DNA of 64,000 nt from Candidatus Niyogibacteria bacterium (GTDB lineage Bacteria > Patescibacteriota > Minisyncoccia > HO2-45-28). Where the stretch lies: contig CP066691.1 of assembly GCA_016432485.1 (NCBI GenBank), positions 516,709 through 580,708 on the forward strand. Direction: 5' to 3'. The notes below the pieces were generated by a model that did no database searches, was not told the origin of the DNA, and saw nothing but the letters and a program-made list of their open reading frames with translations. Positions 19,492-27,192 of this stretch are shown piece after piece. Positions within the stretch are counted from its first letter, which is position 1. The number at the start of each line of letters is the position of its first letter. The position numbers were made by a program, and so were the translations under genes.

Positions 19492-20019
19492 TCACTTTCC
19501 TGACAAAAGCCGAGACGCGATATGGGCCGCGACCCTGAAAGAACTTAACCAAGCGCCGGCGTAAATCCCGCTATCGCCCCTAAACTCATGTTCTCCAACC
19601 GAAGCGGCAATCACGCGTCCGGCTTGATCAATCACCCGGACAACAATCATAGCCCTGCCTTTATAAAGATACAAGTTCCCAAAGACATTGCTTTTATCCC
19701 GTATCCGCGAGGCGCAAACCAGGGCCTCAAAATCAGGTAGCGCCCAACGCTTGCGCGGCCAACGATCGCGCACGCCCTCAACCACTACGATGGCACCCCG
19801 ATGACGCAAACCCCTCTCAATTATGGGCGCGATAATCGCGACATCCTCGCCGGTTCCGCGGGCATAACATTGCCCAACATTGTAACGAATCAAAACAGTA
19901 CTATTGCGGATTTGAGGAACGGGCCTCCACCTCGGAAGTTTGATGGCCTTTGGACTGGAAGCGCACCCGAAGATAAAAATCGGCATAAACGCACAGAAAA
20001 TCCACAGGATTCTCTTCAC
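19492..20019 (-). CDS. putative lipoprotein (GC-rich, Arg-rich)
   Basis: Signal peptide with lipobox FGCASS; GTG start with SD AAAGGAGG; local GC about 52% against about 45% background. Confidence 0.5.
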   Translation of the reverse strand: MKRILWIFCAFMPIFIFGCASSPKAIKLPRWRPVPQIRNSTVLIRYNVGQCYARGTGEDVAIIAPIIERGLRHRGAIVVVEGVRDRWPRKRWALPDFEALVCASRIRDKSNVFGNLYLYKGRAMIVVRVIDQAGRVIAASVGEHEFRGDSGIYAGAWLSSFRVAAHIASRLLSGK

Positions 20020-20059
20020 TTTTCCGCCTCCTTTAAGAGTTTTTCAACAGGTAATTAAC

Positions 20060-20088
20060 TGCCTATTGGATTATATCACTATTTGTTT
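20060..20088 (-). promoter_or_regulatory. near-consensus sigma70 promoter TTGACT-N17-TATAAT for the lipoprotein gene
   Basis: The minus strand reads TTGACTtgggaaacaaatagtgaTATAAT about 40 nt upstream of the SD. Confidence 0.6.
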
Positions 20089-20159
20089 CCCAAGTCAAAT
20101 AATATATTTACCTAAAACACAAACAATAAAGATTCGAATCTTGCTTCTTTGCGCCGGAA

Positions 20160-21287
20160 ATGATAAGAAATAATAAAGTGACCCAAAATCAAGAAACGTT
20201 AAAAAATCTTATAGACTCAAGCGTCAAAATTTTGCTCGCAAGCGAACCTTCGGCCGACGAAGCAACGAGGCTGGCTATGTTTGCCTTAAAAAATGTGCTG
20301 GAGAGCCTGGGTAAAGAAGTTTTTTTACATCCCGCTCCGGGTGAAAAATTCAAAGAAAAATTCAAAGAAATTCTCCCCGAAAGGTTTGAGAGAGAAATCC
20401 CGCAGAAAATAAAAATAAAAATCCCAAAATCCTCCATAATTGATGAGCTGCGCTACGAAGAAGAAGAAAATTTCTTAAGCGTGGTCGTCTTGCCGAAAGG
20501 AAAAATTGAGCCGGCAACTATTCAAATTGAAAAATCGCCCTATGACATGGACGCGGCTTTTTGCTTTTTTGCGCCACAAGACTCCTCTCTCGGCGAAGAC
20601 TATGAATCCGGATGGCGTAAAATCGCGGCCCCGACGGCAAAACCGCCCGGAGAAAAAATAGTCTACCTCGTTAACGGCGAAAAAACTCTTGCCGGAAAAA
20701 TAAGTGACATTCACGAAGCGATGGACGGCTCTCAGTCTTTGCCCCCACTAACGGCAACTCTTTTGATGGCTTCGCTTGTTTATGAAACCGAGAATTTCCA
20801 AGGACGATGCGGACCGGAAGCATTCAAACTCGCAAATTTATTGCTCGAACTCGGCGCCGATAAAAAGACCTTAGACAAAATATTGCTCTTGGAAAAAGAC
20901 CCTCGATTTGTCCAGATTGTGGGCCGGGCGCTGGCGCGAACGGCGTCTGAAACAGAACTTAAAACCAGCTGGACATACCTCACCAAAAAAGACTTTGAAA
21001 AGACCGAATTGGAATCAACGAAAGAAAATCTGCTTTTTATTTTACGAAAGATTCGGGCCGGCATTATGCCTCACCGGTCCTCAATAATATGTTACGAAAG
21101 CGGCGGCGGAATAGAATCGCTCATTTTTAACGAGGACAGAAAAATTCTAAACGTCATGGCCGCGGTTTTGGGAGCGGAGCCCGAAAGCCTGTATTTTTTT
21201 ACTTCCGGTTTTAAAAATTTTTCGGAAGCCGAAACAAAAATACGCCAATTGTTGAAAGATAACATTTCGGATAGAATGAAAGAATAG
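20160..21287 (+). CDS. DHH/DHHA1-like protein with degenerate catalytic motifs (NrnA-like)
   Basis: Overall NrnA-like layout, but DHH is replaced (DMDAAF) and GGGH is GGGIE. Contains a short 12-nt tandem repeat (AAATTCAAAGAA) encoding EKFKEKFKE. Confidence 0.35.
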   Translation: MIRNNKVTQNQETLKNLIDSSVKILLASEPSADEATRLAMFALKNVLESLGKEVFLHPAPGEKFKEKFKEILPERFEREIPQKIKIKIPKSSIIDELRYEEEENFLSVVVLPKGKIEPATIQIEKSPYDMDAAFCFFAPQDSSLGEDYESGWRKIAAPTAKPPGEKIVYLVNGEKTLAGKISDIHEAMDGSQSLPPLTATLLMASLVYETENFQGRCGPEAFKLANLLLELGADKKTLDKILLLEKDPRFVQIVGRALARTASETELKTSWTYLTKKDFEKTELESTKENLLFILRKIRAGIMPHRSSIICYESGGGIESLIFNEDRKILNVMAAVLGAEPESLYFFTSGFKNFSEAETKIRQLLKDNISDRMKE

Positions 21288-21288
21288 A

Positions 21289-22953
21289 ATGGCAAAAAAT
21301 AACGATATTGAAACGAAACTGGAAGAATTCAGGCAAAGAGAAGCCGAGGATTTGGCGCGGCTCCTTTCTGAAAAACACGGCCTGCCCTACTCGGATTTAT
21401 CCCGAATGACTATTAATCTGGATGCCCTTAAGATTGTTCCCGAAAATGAAGCCAGGGAAGCTAAAATGGCCGTGTTCCAAAAAGTGGCTAAACGTCTGCA
21501 GGTTGCGGCGTTAAATCCGGACCTCATCAAAACCAAAGATATTTTAAAAAGGCTCGCCGATGAAGGTTATACGGTTGAGCTTTTTTTTGTTTCGGAGGCA
21601 AGTCTTAGGCGGGCGTGGTCAAGATATGCCGAAATTCCGGCTTTTGAAGAAATAGAAACGGGCTTGATAGATATATCGCCCCAGCGCCTTGAAGAATTTC
21701 AAAAAGAAGTCAAAAATATTCAAAGCTTGCAAAAACTCATTGAGCCGCATCTTACGGCTCAAAAAATAAGAAAAATATCGGAGACCGTTGAAGTGATTCT
21801 GGCGGGAGCCATGGCTCTGGATGCGTCAGATATCCACTTGGAACCGAGAGAAAAAGAAGCGCGGATACGCTTTCGCCTTGACGGCGTACTAAACGACATT
21901 TCTTCTTTCGGCATAGCATCTTACGGCCCGATTATTTCAAGGCTGAAGCTTTTGTCTGAAATGAAACTGAATATCCACGACCGCGCCCAAGACGGCAGAT
22001 TTACCATAAGAACCAAAAACGCGGACATAGAAGTGCGGTCCTCAATCCTACCCGGGCCCTACGGCGAAACCGCGGTTATGCGAATACTCAACCCGAAAAC
22101 AATATCAATAACTTTGGAGGATTTGGGTATGCATCCGGAATTTCTGAAAGTGATGGAAGAAGAACTCAAAAGGCCCAATGGGATGATTCTGACCACCGGC
22201 CCCACCGGATCCGGAAAAACCACGACCCTCTACGCTTTTATTAAAAATACGGTTCGGCCGGGCATAAATATAGTAACCATAGAAGACCCAATAGAATATC
22301 ACATCACCGGAATCAACCAGACGCAAGTTGACGCGAAAAAAGGATACGATTTCGCAAACGGCCTTCGCTCCATATTGAGACAGGATCCGGACGTAATTCT
22401 GGTCGGAGAAATTCGCGACCTGGAAACGGCTCAAATTGCCATGCACGCTTCGCTGACCGGCCATCTGGTATTTTCAACTCTGCATACCAATAACGCCGCG
22501 GGCACCATACCGCGCCTGATAGACCTCAAAGCCGACCCGACAATCATTGCTCCGGCAATAAACGTAACCATGGCTCAGCGTTTGACGCGAAAATTGTGCC
22601 CAGAATGCCGGAAAAAAGACAAACCAACGGCCGAAGAAGAAAAAATCATTAAAAAATCCCTACAAGAAACTCCGGCAAAATATAAAAAAACCGCGCCGAA
22701 AAACTTAGTTTTGTGGCGCGCCGTCGGATGTGAAAAATGCAATAATATCGGCTACAAAGGACGAATCGGCATATTTGAAGCTTTTTTGGTAGATGATGAG
22801 GTTGAAAAAATGATTTTAAAAAAACCGGCCGAGGCCGATCTGAAAGCGGCTATGAAAAAACAAGATATGATGACGATGTTTAATGACGGGGTGTTAAAAG
22901 TTTTATCCGGCGCCACATCACTTGAAGAATTAAAGCGGGTGGCATCCGAATAA
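21289..22953 (+). CDS. PilB/GspE-family secretion ATPase (type IV pilus / type II secretion)
   Basis: Walker A TGPTGSGKTT, Asp box, His box, a C-terminal CxxC...CxxC zinc motif and an N-terminal GSPII_E_N-like domain; 554 aa. Confidence 0.85.
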   Translation: MAKNNDIETKLEEFRQREAEDLARLLSEKHGLPYSDLSRMTINLDALKIVPENEAREAKMAVFQKVAKRLQVAALNPDLIKTKDILKRLADEGYTVELFFVSEASLRRAWSRYAEIPAFEEIETGLIDISPQRLEEFQKEVKNIQSLQKLIEPHLTAQKIRKISETVEVILAGAMALDASDIHLEPREKEARIRFRLDGVLNDISSFGIASYGPIISRLKLLSEMKLNIHDRAQDGRFTIRTKNADIEVRSSILPGPYGETAVMRILNPKTISITLEDLGMHPEFLKVMEEELKRPNGMILTTGPTGSGKTTTLYAFIKNTVRPGINIVTIEDPIEYHITGINQTQVDAKKGYDFANGLRSILRQDPDVILVGEIRDLETAQIAMHASLTGHLVFSTLHTNNAAGTIPRLIDLKADPTIIAPAINVTMAQRLTRKLCPECRKKDKPTAEEEKIIKKSLQETPAKYKKTAPKNLVLWRAVGCEKCNNIGYKGRIGIFEAFLVDDEVEKMILKKPAEADLKAAMKKQDMMTMFNDGVLKVLSGATSLEELKRVASE

Positions 22954-22963
22954 CATGCCTCAA

Positions 22964-23102
22964 GGTCTCTAGGCAGGAGCTCGCAGTATGGGGAACCACA
23001 AGCCAAGGATTTGCCGATGAAACGGCCAAGCTTTGACCTCAACAAGGAGGCGGCCAAGCCGCCCTAGCGGTCAAAACCAAAATATAAAGTTGCCTAGAGA
23101 CC
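22964..23102. other. structured GC-rich intergenic element closed by a 12-bp inverted repeat (candidate small RNA)
   Basis: GGTCTCTAGGCA ... TGCCTAGAGACC enclose ~115 nt containing GCCAAG repeats and the hairpin GGCGG-CCAAG-CCGCC. No convincing ORF. Confidence 0.3.
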
Positions 23103-23154
23103 CTGGGGCACGTGAAAATAGCTTTCGGAAGAAGTATAGCAAATAAAATATGAT

Positions 23155-24177
23155 TTGTCAAGTATAAAAATGATAAACCCGTCTTTCAATAATAAAAATG
23201 AAGATTCCGGTTTGGAACAAACCCTGCGTCCCGCAAGGTGGGATGATTATGTCGGACAAGAGCCGATTAAAAAAAATCTGAAAATACTGATGCAGGCGGC
23301 GCACGAAAGAAACGAGGCGCTGGAACATATACTGCTTCACGGCCCGGCTGGCCTTGGCAAAACCAGTCTGGCTCATTTGATAGCCAAAGAAATGTCCAGC
23401 CAGATAAAAATCACTTCGGGCCCGGCTATAGAAAGAGTCGGAGACCTTGCTTCCATCCTGACCAATTTGTCCGACGGCGATGTTTTGTTTATTGACGAGG
23501 TACACAGGCTGAATAAAACAATAGAAGAAGTGCTTTATCCGGCAATGGAATCGGGGAATCTTGACATTATTATCGGCAAAGGACCCGGAGCGCGTTCAAT
23601 CCAGATAGACCTCCCGCCTTTTACTCTCATCGCCGCAACCACGCGCATAGCTCTTCTTTCAAATCCTTTGCGCTCGCGATTTTCCGGAGGAACTTTTAAA
23701 TTGGATTATTATTCAACGGATGAACTAATTAAAATAATAAAGCGTTCTGCCGAAATACTGAAAACCGAGGTCGCCGCCGGAGCCGCCGAACTAATCGCTT
23801 TACGTTCCCGTTTTACTCCGCGCATAGCCAACCGCCTCTTAAAACGCGCCAGGGATTACGCCCAAGTGCATAAAATTTCAACAATAAACGAAAACGCCGT
23901 AACCAAAACGCTTGAACTTTTAGGCATTGACCACAAAGGCCTGGAAGAAACCGATCGGCAAATCCTAAAAGTTTTAATAAATAAATTCAGCGGAGGCCCG
24001 GTGGGTCTCAATACTTTAGCCGCGGCAACCTCCGAAGACCCGGCTACGGTTGAAGAAGTCTACGAGCCGTTTTTACTGCGCCTCGGCTTTATTGAGCGCA
24101 CTCCGCGAGGCCGCATGGCCACTCCGAGCGCCTACAAACATCTGGACATTAAAGCGCCTCAGGCAAAATTGATTTAA
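23155..24177 (+). CDS. ruvB: Holliday junction DNA helicase RuvB
   Basis: Walker A GPAGLGKTSLA, Walker B LFIDEVHRL, sensor motifs and a C-terminal winged helix. Confidence 0.93.
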   Translation: MSSIKMINPSFNNKNEDSGLEQTLRPARWDDYVGQEPIKKNLKILMQAAHERNEALEHILLHGPAGLGKTSLAHLIAKEMSSQIKITSGPAIERVGDLASILTNLSDGDVLFIDEVHRLNKTIEEVLYPAMESGNLDIIIGKGPGARSIQIDLPPFTLIAATTRIALLSNPLRSRFSGGTFKLDYYSTDELIKIIKRSAEILKTEVAAGAAELIALRSRFTPRIANRLLKRARDYAQVHKISTINENAVTKTLELLGIDHKGLEETDRQILKVLINKFSGGPVGLNTLAAATSEDPATVEEVYEPFLLRLGFIERTPRGRMATPSAYKHLDIKAPQAKLI

Positions 24178-24191
24178 AGTATAATAAAACA

Positions 24192-24422
24192 GTGCAAGGA
24201 AATATAAAAATAATCATAATTCTGGGACATTTTGCTTTTTTGCTGGTATATGCCACGCTCGTGGCCGCGCTCCTTTGGCATTACCAAAAATACAGTTTGC
24301 CCCGCGACCGGGCGCGCTGGATTATCGGGTTATTTTTAACAATCGCTTCTATCTTGGCCGTCATTTCCACGATTTTAATATTTTCCGTGCCGTGGGAAAA
24401 AATCGCGAATTTAAAAGTTTAA
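24192..24422 (+). CDS. small membrane protein (2 TM)
   Basis: 76 aa with two hydrophobic helices; reads as an operon with the next gene. Confidence 0.4.
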   Translation: MQGNIKIIIILGHFAFLLVYATLVAALLWHYQKYSLPRDRARWIIGLFLTIASILAVISTILIFSVPWEKIANLKV

Positions 24423-24437
24423 ATAAAATCTGAAATC

Positions 24438-24962
24438 GTGCTTGAACTGCAAAAAGAAGAAAAAGTCATAATCGCCTTTCACCGCCATTGGATAGTGGTG
24501 GCAAATAAACTGACTTTTGCCGCTCTCGCTTTAATCCCGCCGATTGTCGTGCTTATTCTTATGCCGACTTTTCAAATCGGGGCGGAATTAAATCTTTTGA
24601 TCATCTACGCCGTGATCGTGTATCTTTTGGCGTCTCTTATGGCCGCCTTCGTCATTTGGTTTGATTATTATCTTGATGTCTGGATCGTAACCGATAGGAG
24701 AATAATTGATGTGGAACAAATAGGCATGTTTCGCCGTCAAACCTCGGAATTTATGCTTTCCCGCGTTCAAGACGTCACTGTGGAAATTCCCGGCTTTATC
24801 GCCACCTTGCTCCATTACGGAAACATTCGTGTGCAAACGGCGGGGGAACAAGGTTTTGAAGCCAGCGATATCCCCAACGCGGATAAAATCAAAGACATAA
24901 TTCTTGAGGAGGCCAGAAAGACCAACGGACATAGACCCGAGGAGACAACCAATCACTTATGA
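24438..24962 (+). CDS. YdbT-like membrane protein with bacterial PH domain (bPH_2/DUF304)
   Basis: Two N-terminal TM helices and a C-terminal domain, VWIVTDRRIIDVEQ...VQTAGE, which I take to be a bacterial PH fold. Confidence 0.5.
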   Translation: MLELQKEEKVIIAFHRHWIVVANKLTFAALALIPPIVVLILMPTFQIGAELNLLIIYAVIVYLLASLMAAFVIWFDYYLDVWIVTDRRIIDVEQIGMFRRQTSEFMLSRVQDVTVEIPGFIATLLHYGNIRVQTAGEQGFEASDIPNADKIKDIILEEARKTNGHRPEETTNHL

Positions 24963-25498
24963 GCGGACATTCCAAGTGGTCTCAAATCAAACATAAAAAG
25001 GCTCTGACTGACGCCAGAAAAAGTAAAGAGTTCGCGAAACTGGCGAAACAAATAACCGTTGCCGCGCGCGAAAAGGGGCCTGATCCGGCGTCAAACCCGT
25101 CTTTAAGGGCGGCCGTGGAAAAAGCCCGCTCTTTCAACATGCCCTCCGACAACATTGAGCGGGCGATAAAGCGCGCGACTTCGAAAGACGAAAACGCTCT
25201 GGAGGAAGTTTTGTTTGAGGCCTACGGGCCCGGGGGCAGCGCGATATTGATTGCCGGAATTACAGACAATAAAAATCGCACGACGCAAGAAATAAAGCAT
25301 CTTCTTTCCGAAAACGGCGCGAAGCTCGCCTCTCCCGGATCCGCAAAATTTTTATTCCAAAAAACCGAAGACGGCTGGCAGCCGATCGCGAACATAACAG
25401 TTGACGAAAAAACAAAAGAGGCGCTCTCAAAAATTTTTGAAGCGCTTGATGAAAACGACGACATAAACGACATATATACCAACGCAGATTTTACTTAA
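24959..25498 (+). CDS. yebC: YebC/PmpR family DNA-binding regulator (shortened)
   Basis: MSGHSKWSQIKHKKA... plus ANPSLRAAVEKA and EAYGPGGSAILI are canonical YebC blocks. 179 aa, so the C-terminal domain is shortened. Confidence 0.8.
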   Translation: MSGHSKWSQIKHKKALTDARKSKEFAKLAKQITVAAREKGPDPASNPSLRAAVEKARSFNMPSDNIERAIKRATSKDENALEEVLFEAYGPGGSAILIAGITDNKNRTTQEIKHLLSENGAKLASPGSAKFLFQKTEDGWQPIANITVDEKTKEALSKIFEALDENDDINDIYTNADFT

Positions 25499-25522
25499 TC
25501 AATGTCCTTATTTGAATTAAAA

Positions 25523-25552
25523 CAGCCCACGACAGCAAAGCCGTCGTGGGCC
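25523..25552 (-). terminator. intrinsic terminator of the GC-rich inserted gene
   Basis: GCCCACGAC-GGCTTTGCT-GTCGTGGGC followed by TGTTTTAATT on the minus strand. Confidence 0.7.
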
Positions 25553-25581
25553 GAGGGTCAAGGATTCAATAATCCAAGTCC

Positions 25582-26151
25582 CTACTTGCGGGAAACGACG
25601 CGAGAGCCGGCACTCCACCCGAACGGGTGCTTGACCGAGCGGGCCGCAACGTCCCAGTAGCGATCGACGGAGAACCAGCACGCGCGCACAGCCCAGAGCT
25701 TTCCTTTCTTGTCCCTGATGTAGGCGATGCACCACCCGCCATTTTGGTTCTTGAGGAAATTCAGAAAGTGAACAAGGTGGATTTCTTCCTTGTCTCCCAG
25801 CTCTTTCCGGATAGGCTGGTCCACGGACGGTTTCTTGAGCTTGTGGATGTTCAGCTCCGTAGCCGAGACGTTCTCCTCGACCTTACCCTTGAACAGGCGA
25901 TCGAAGTTGGAGCCCGTCCATCCGACATTGGCCTTTTTCAGGGCCTCGTCGTCGCAGACAAACCTTTCCGCGCCGTCCACTCGAACCGTGCCGACGAACT
26001 TGAGGAGGTCGAATTCCGGACTGAGACCGCGAAGGTACTCCTGGAGCCCCTGCGGGTCGTCAATCCATCTCTGCATGGCCTCCTTGTTCATTTCCGGCAG
26101 GTTTTCTGCGATTCGAGAAATGAACTTTCCTGTCTGTTTCTGTCTGTCCAT
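25582..26151 (-). CDS. hypothetical protein in a GC-rich (~56%) islet between yebC and ruvC
   Basis: Start placed at the internal Met with a perfect SD AAAGGAGGAAAAATCGCC-ATG. Lys-rich N-terminus, no recognised family. The overlapping plus-strand ORFs look like antisense artefacts of the high GC. Confidence 0.5.
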   Translation of the reverse strand: MDRQKQTGKFISRIAENLPEMNKEAMQRWIDDPQGLQEYLRGLSPEFDLLKFVGTVRVDGAERFVCDDEALKKANVGWTGSNFDRLFKGKVEENVSATELNIHKLKKPSVDQPIRKELGDKEEIHLVHFLNFLKNQNGGWCIAYIRDKKGKLWAVRACWFSVDRYWDVAARSVKHPFGWSAGSRVVSRK

Positions 26152-26290
26152 GGCGATTTTTCCTCCTTTGGGTTTTCGCCATTTTCGTTTGCCAGAGGGC
26201 CGTCCCAATGACAGCCATAGCCAGAAAATCTTAATTTTTAAGGCCTTTTGGCTATGGCCGCCGGTAAAAAATTTTAAGAACTATGCGTGC

Positions 26291-26319
26291 ATTATACACC
26301 CACCCTATTCGTTTGTCCC
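26291..26319 (-). promoter_or_regulatory. sigma70-like promoter GGGACA-N17-TATAAT for the GC-rich gene
   Basis: The minus strand reads GGGACAaacgaatagggtgggtgTATAAT, directly abutting palindromic element A2. Confidence 0.45.
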
Positions 26320-26387
26320 CCCCCACACCTATTGAGCAATAGCGCCTGAAGGCGCGAAAAAACAAAATTGCTCAATAGGTGTGGGGG
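26319..26387. repeat. palindromic element A2 (perfect 20-bp stem, GC mini-hairpin and A-rich spacer in the loop)
   Basis: CCCCCACACCTATTGAGCAAT / ATTGCTCAATAGGTGTGGGGG with loop AGCGCCTGAAGGCGC-GAAAAAACAAA. The arm sequence is related to A1 (CACACCYATTG...CAAT). Confidence 0.75.
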
Positions 26388-26429
26388 TCAACCCCTTCTT
26401 TTTGGGCTGAATCGTGTCAAAATTAAGTA

Positions 26430-26882
26430 ATGGGCAGAAAAATTTTAGGAATAGACCCCGGATACGGACGATTGGGATACGCCGTTTTGGAAAACGGCGC
26501 GCTTTCGGATGCGGGCTGTCTTGAAACGCCCAAGGAGATGGCACACGAGGAGCGGCTGAGGGTTGTGGGCAAGCATTTCAAAGAATTAATCCGCGCTCAC
26601 AAGCCAGAGGTCCTCGCGATGGAAAAATTATTTCTAAACACCAATCAAAAAACCGCCATGCGCGTGGCGGAAGCCAGAGGAACCATGCTCTACCTTGCCG
26701 ACGGCCTCGAAATACGGGAATTTTCGCCGCCGGAGATCAAGTTGGCCGTATGCGGATACGGCCGGGCAGACAAAAAACAGGTAGAACGGATGATCCGTAT
26801 GATTTTCAAAACCCGCGAGGCACTAAATGACGACGCGATTGACGCTGTGGCGGTAGCGTTTACCGCGTCCGGACGGATTTAA
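26430..26882 (+). CDS. ruvC: crossover junction endodeoxyribonuclease RuvC
   Basis: ILGIDPGYGRLGYAVLE N-terminus, catalytic Asp/Glu pattern, 150 aa. Confidence 0.9.
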   Translation: MGRKILGIDPGYGRLGYAVLENGALSDAGCLETPKEMAHEERLRVVGKHFKELIRAHKPEVLAMEKLFLNTNQKTAMRVAEARGTMLYLADGLEIREFSPPEIKLAVCGYGRADKKQVERMIRMIFKTREALNDDAIDAVAVAFTASGRI

Positions 26883-27153
26883 AGTTTTCCACAGCCCATT
26901 ATTTAACTACTTTACAAGCCCAAACATAATTGATAAAAATGAATCCAGCCCCCCGATACTCATCGGAGGGCGGTCGCATAAATCTTTATAAGCAAATTCT
27001 AAAGAACCATGCGTTATCAAGACGAAATCTTGGGACTTTACGCGCAGGATGAAGACGCAGACGCCGGAGAAGTAGAAGGGGTAGAAAACGAATTGCCCGT
27101 AGAGGAAACCACGGAGGAAGAGGAAAATCTTGAATAATAATAGGATATAAAAA

Positions 27154-27187
27154 CCAAAAACCCCGCTTCGACGGGGTTTTTGGTTTA
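27154..27187. terminator. bidirectional intrinsic terminator (tyrS and the region downstream of ruvC)
   Basis: AAAAACCCCG-CTTCGA-CGGGGTTTTTGGTTT, with an A-run before and a T-run after. Confidence 0.7.
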
Positions 27188-27192
27188 TCGAT

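Noticed and set aside
20125-20145. Possible tRNA T-arm (AGATTCGAATCT)
   Set aside because: It is a simple palindrome with no acceptor or anticodon arms around it.
22752-23057. 101-aa minus-strand ORF spanning the pilB 3' end and the structured intergenic element
   Set aside because: It overlaps the pilB coding sequence antisense and has a poor Cys/Ser-rich composition. The region is better explained as an RNA structure.
25627-26335. 194-aa and 181-aa plus-strand ORFs in the GC-rich islet
   Set aside because: They are antisense frames opened up by the high GC. They lack an RBS, while the minus-strand gene has a perfect SD, promoter and terminator.
27009-27137. 42-aa acidic mini-ORF (MRYQDEILGLYAQDEDADAGEVEGVENELPVEETTEEEENLE)
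   Set aside because: It has no SD and an extreme composition. It lies in the convergent terminator region between ruvC and tyrS. I could not support it as a gene.
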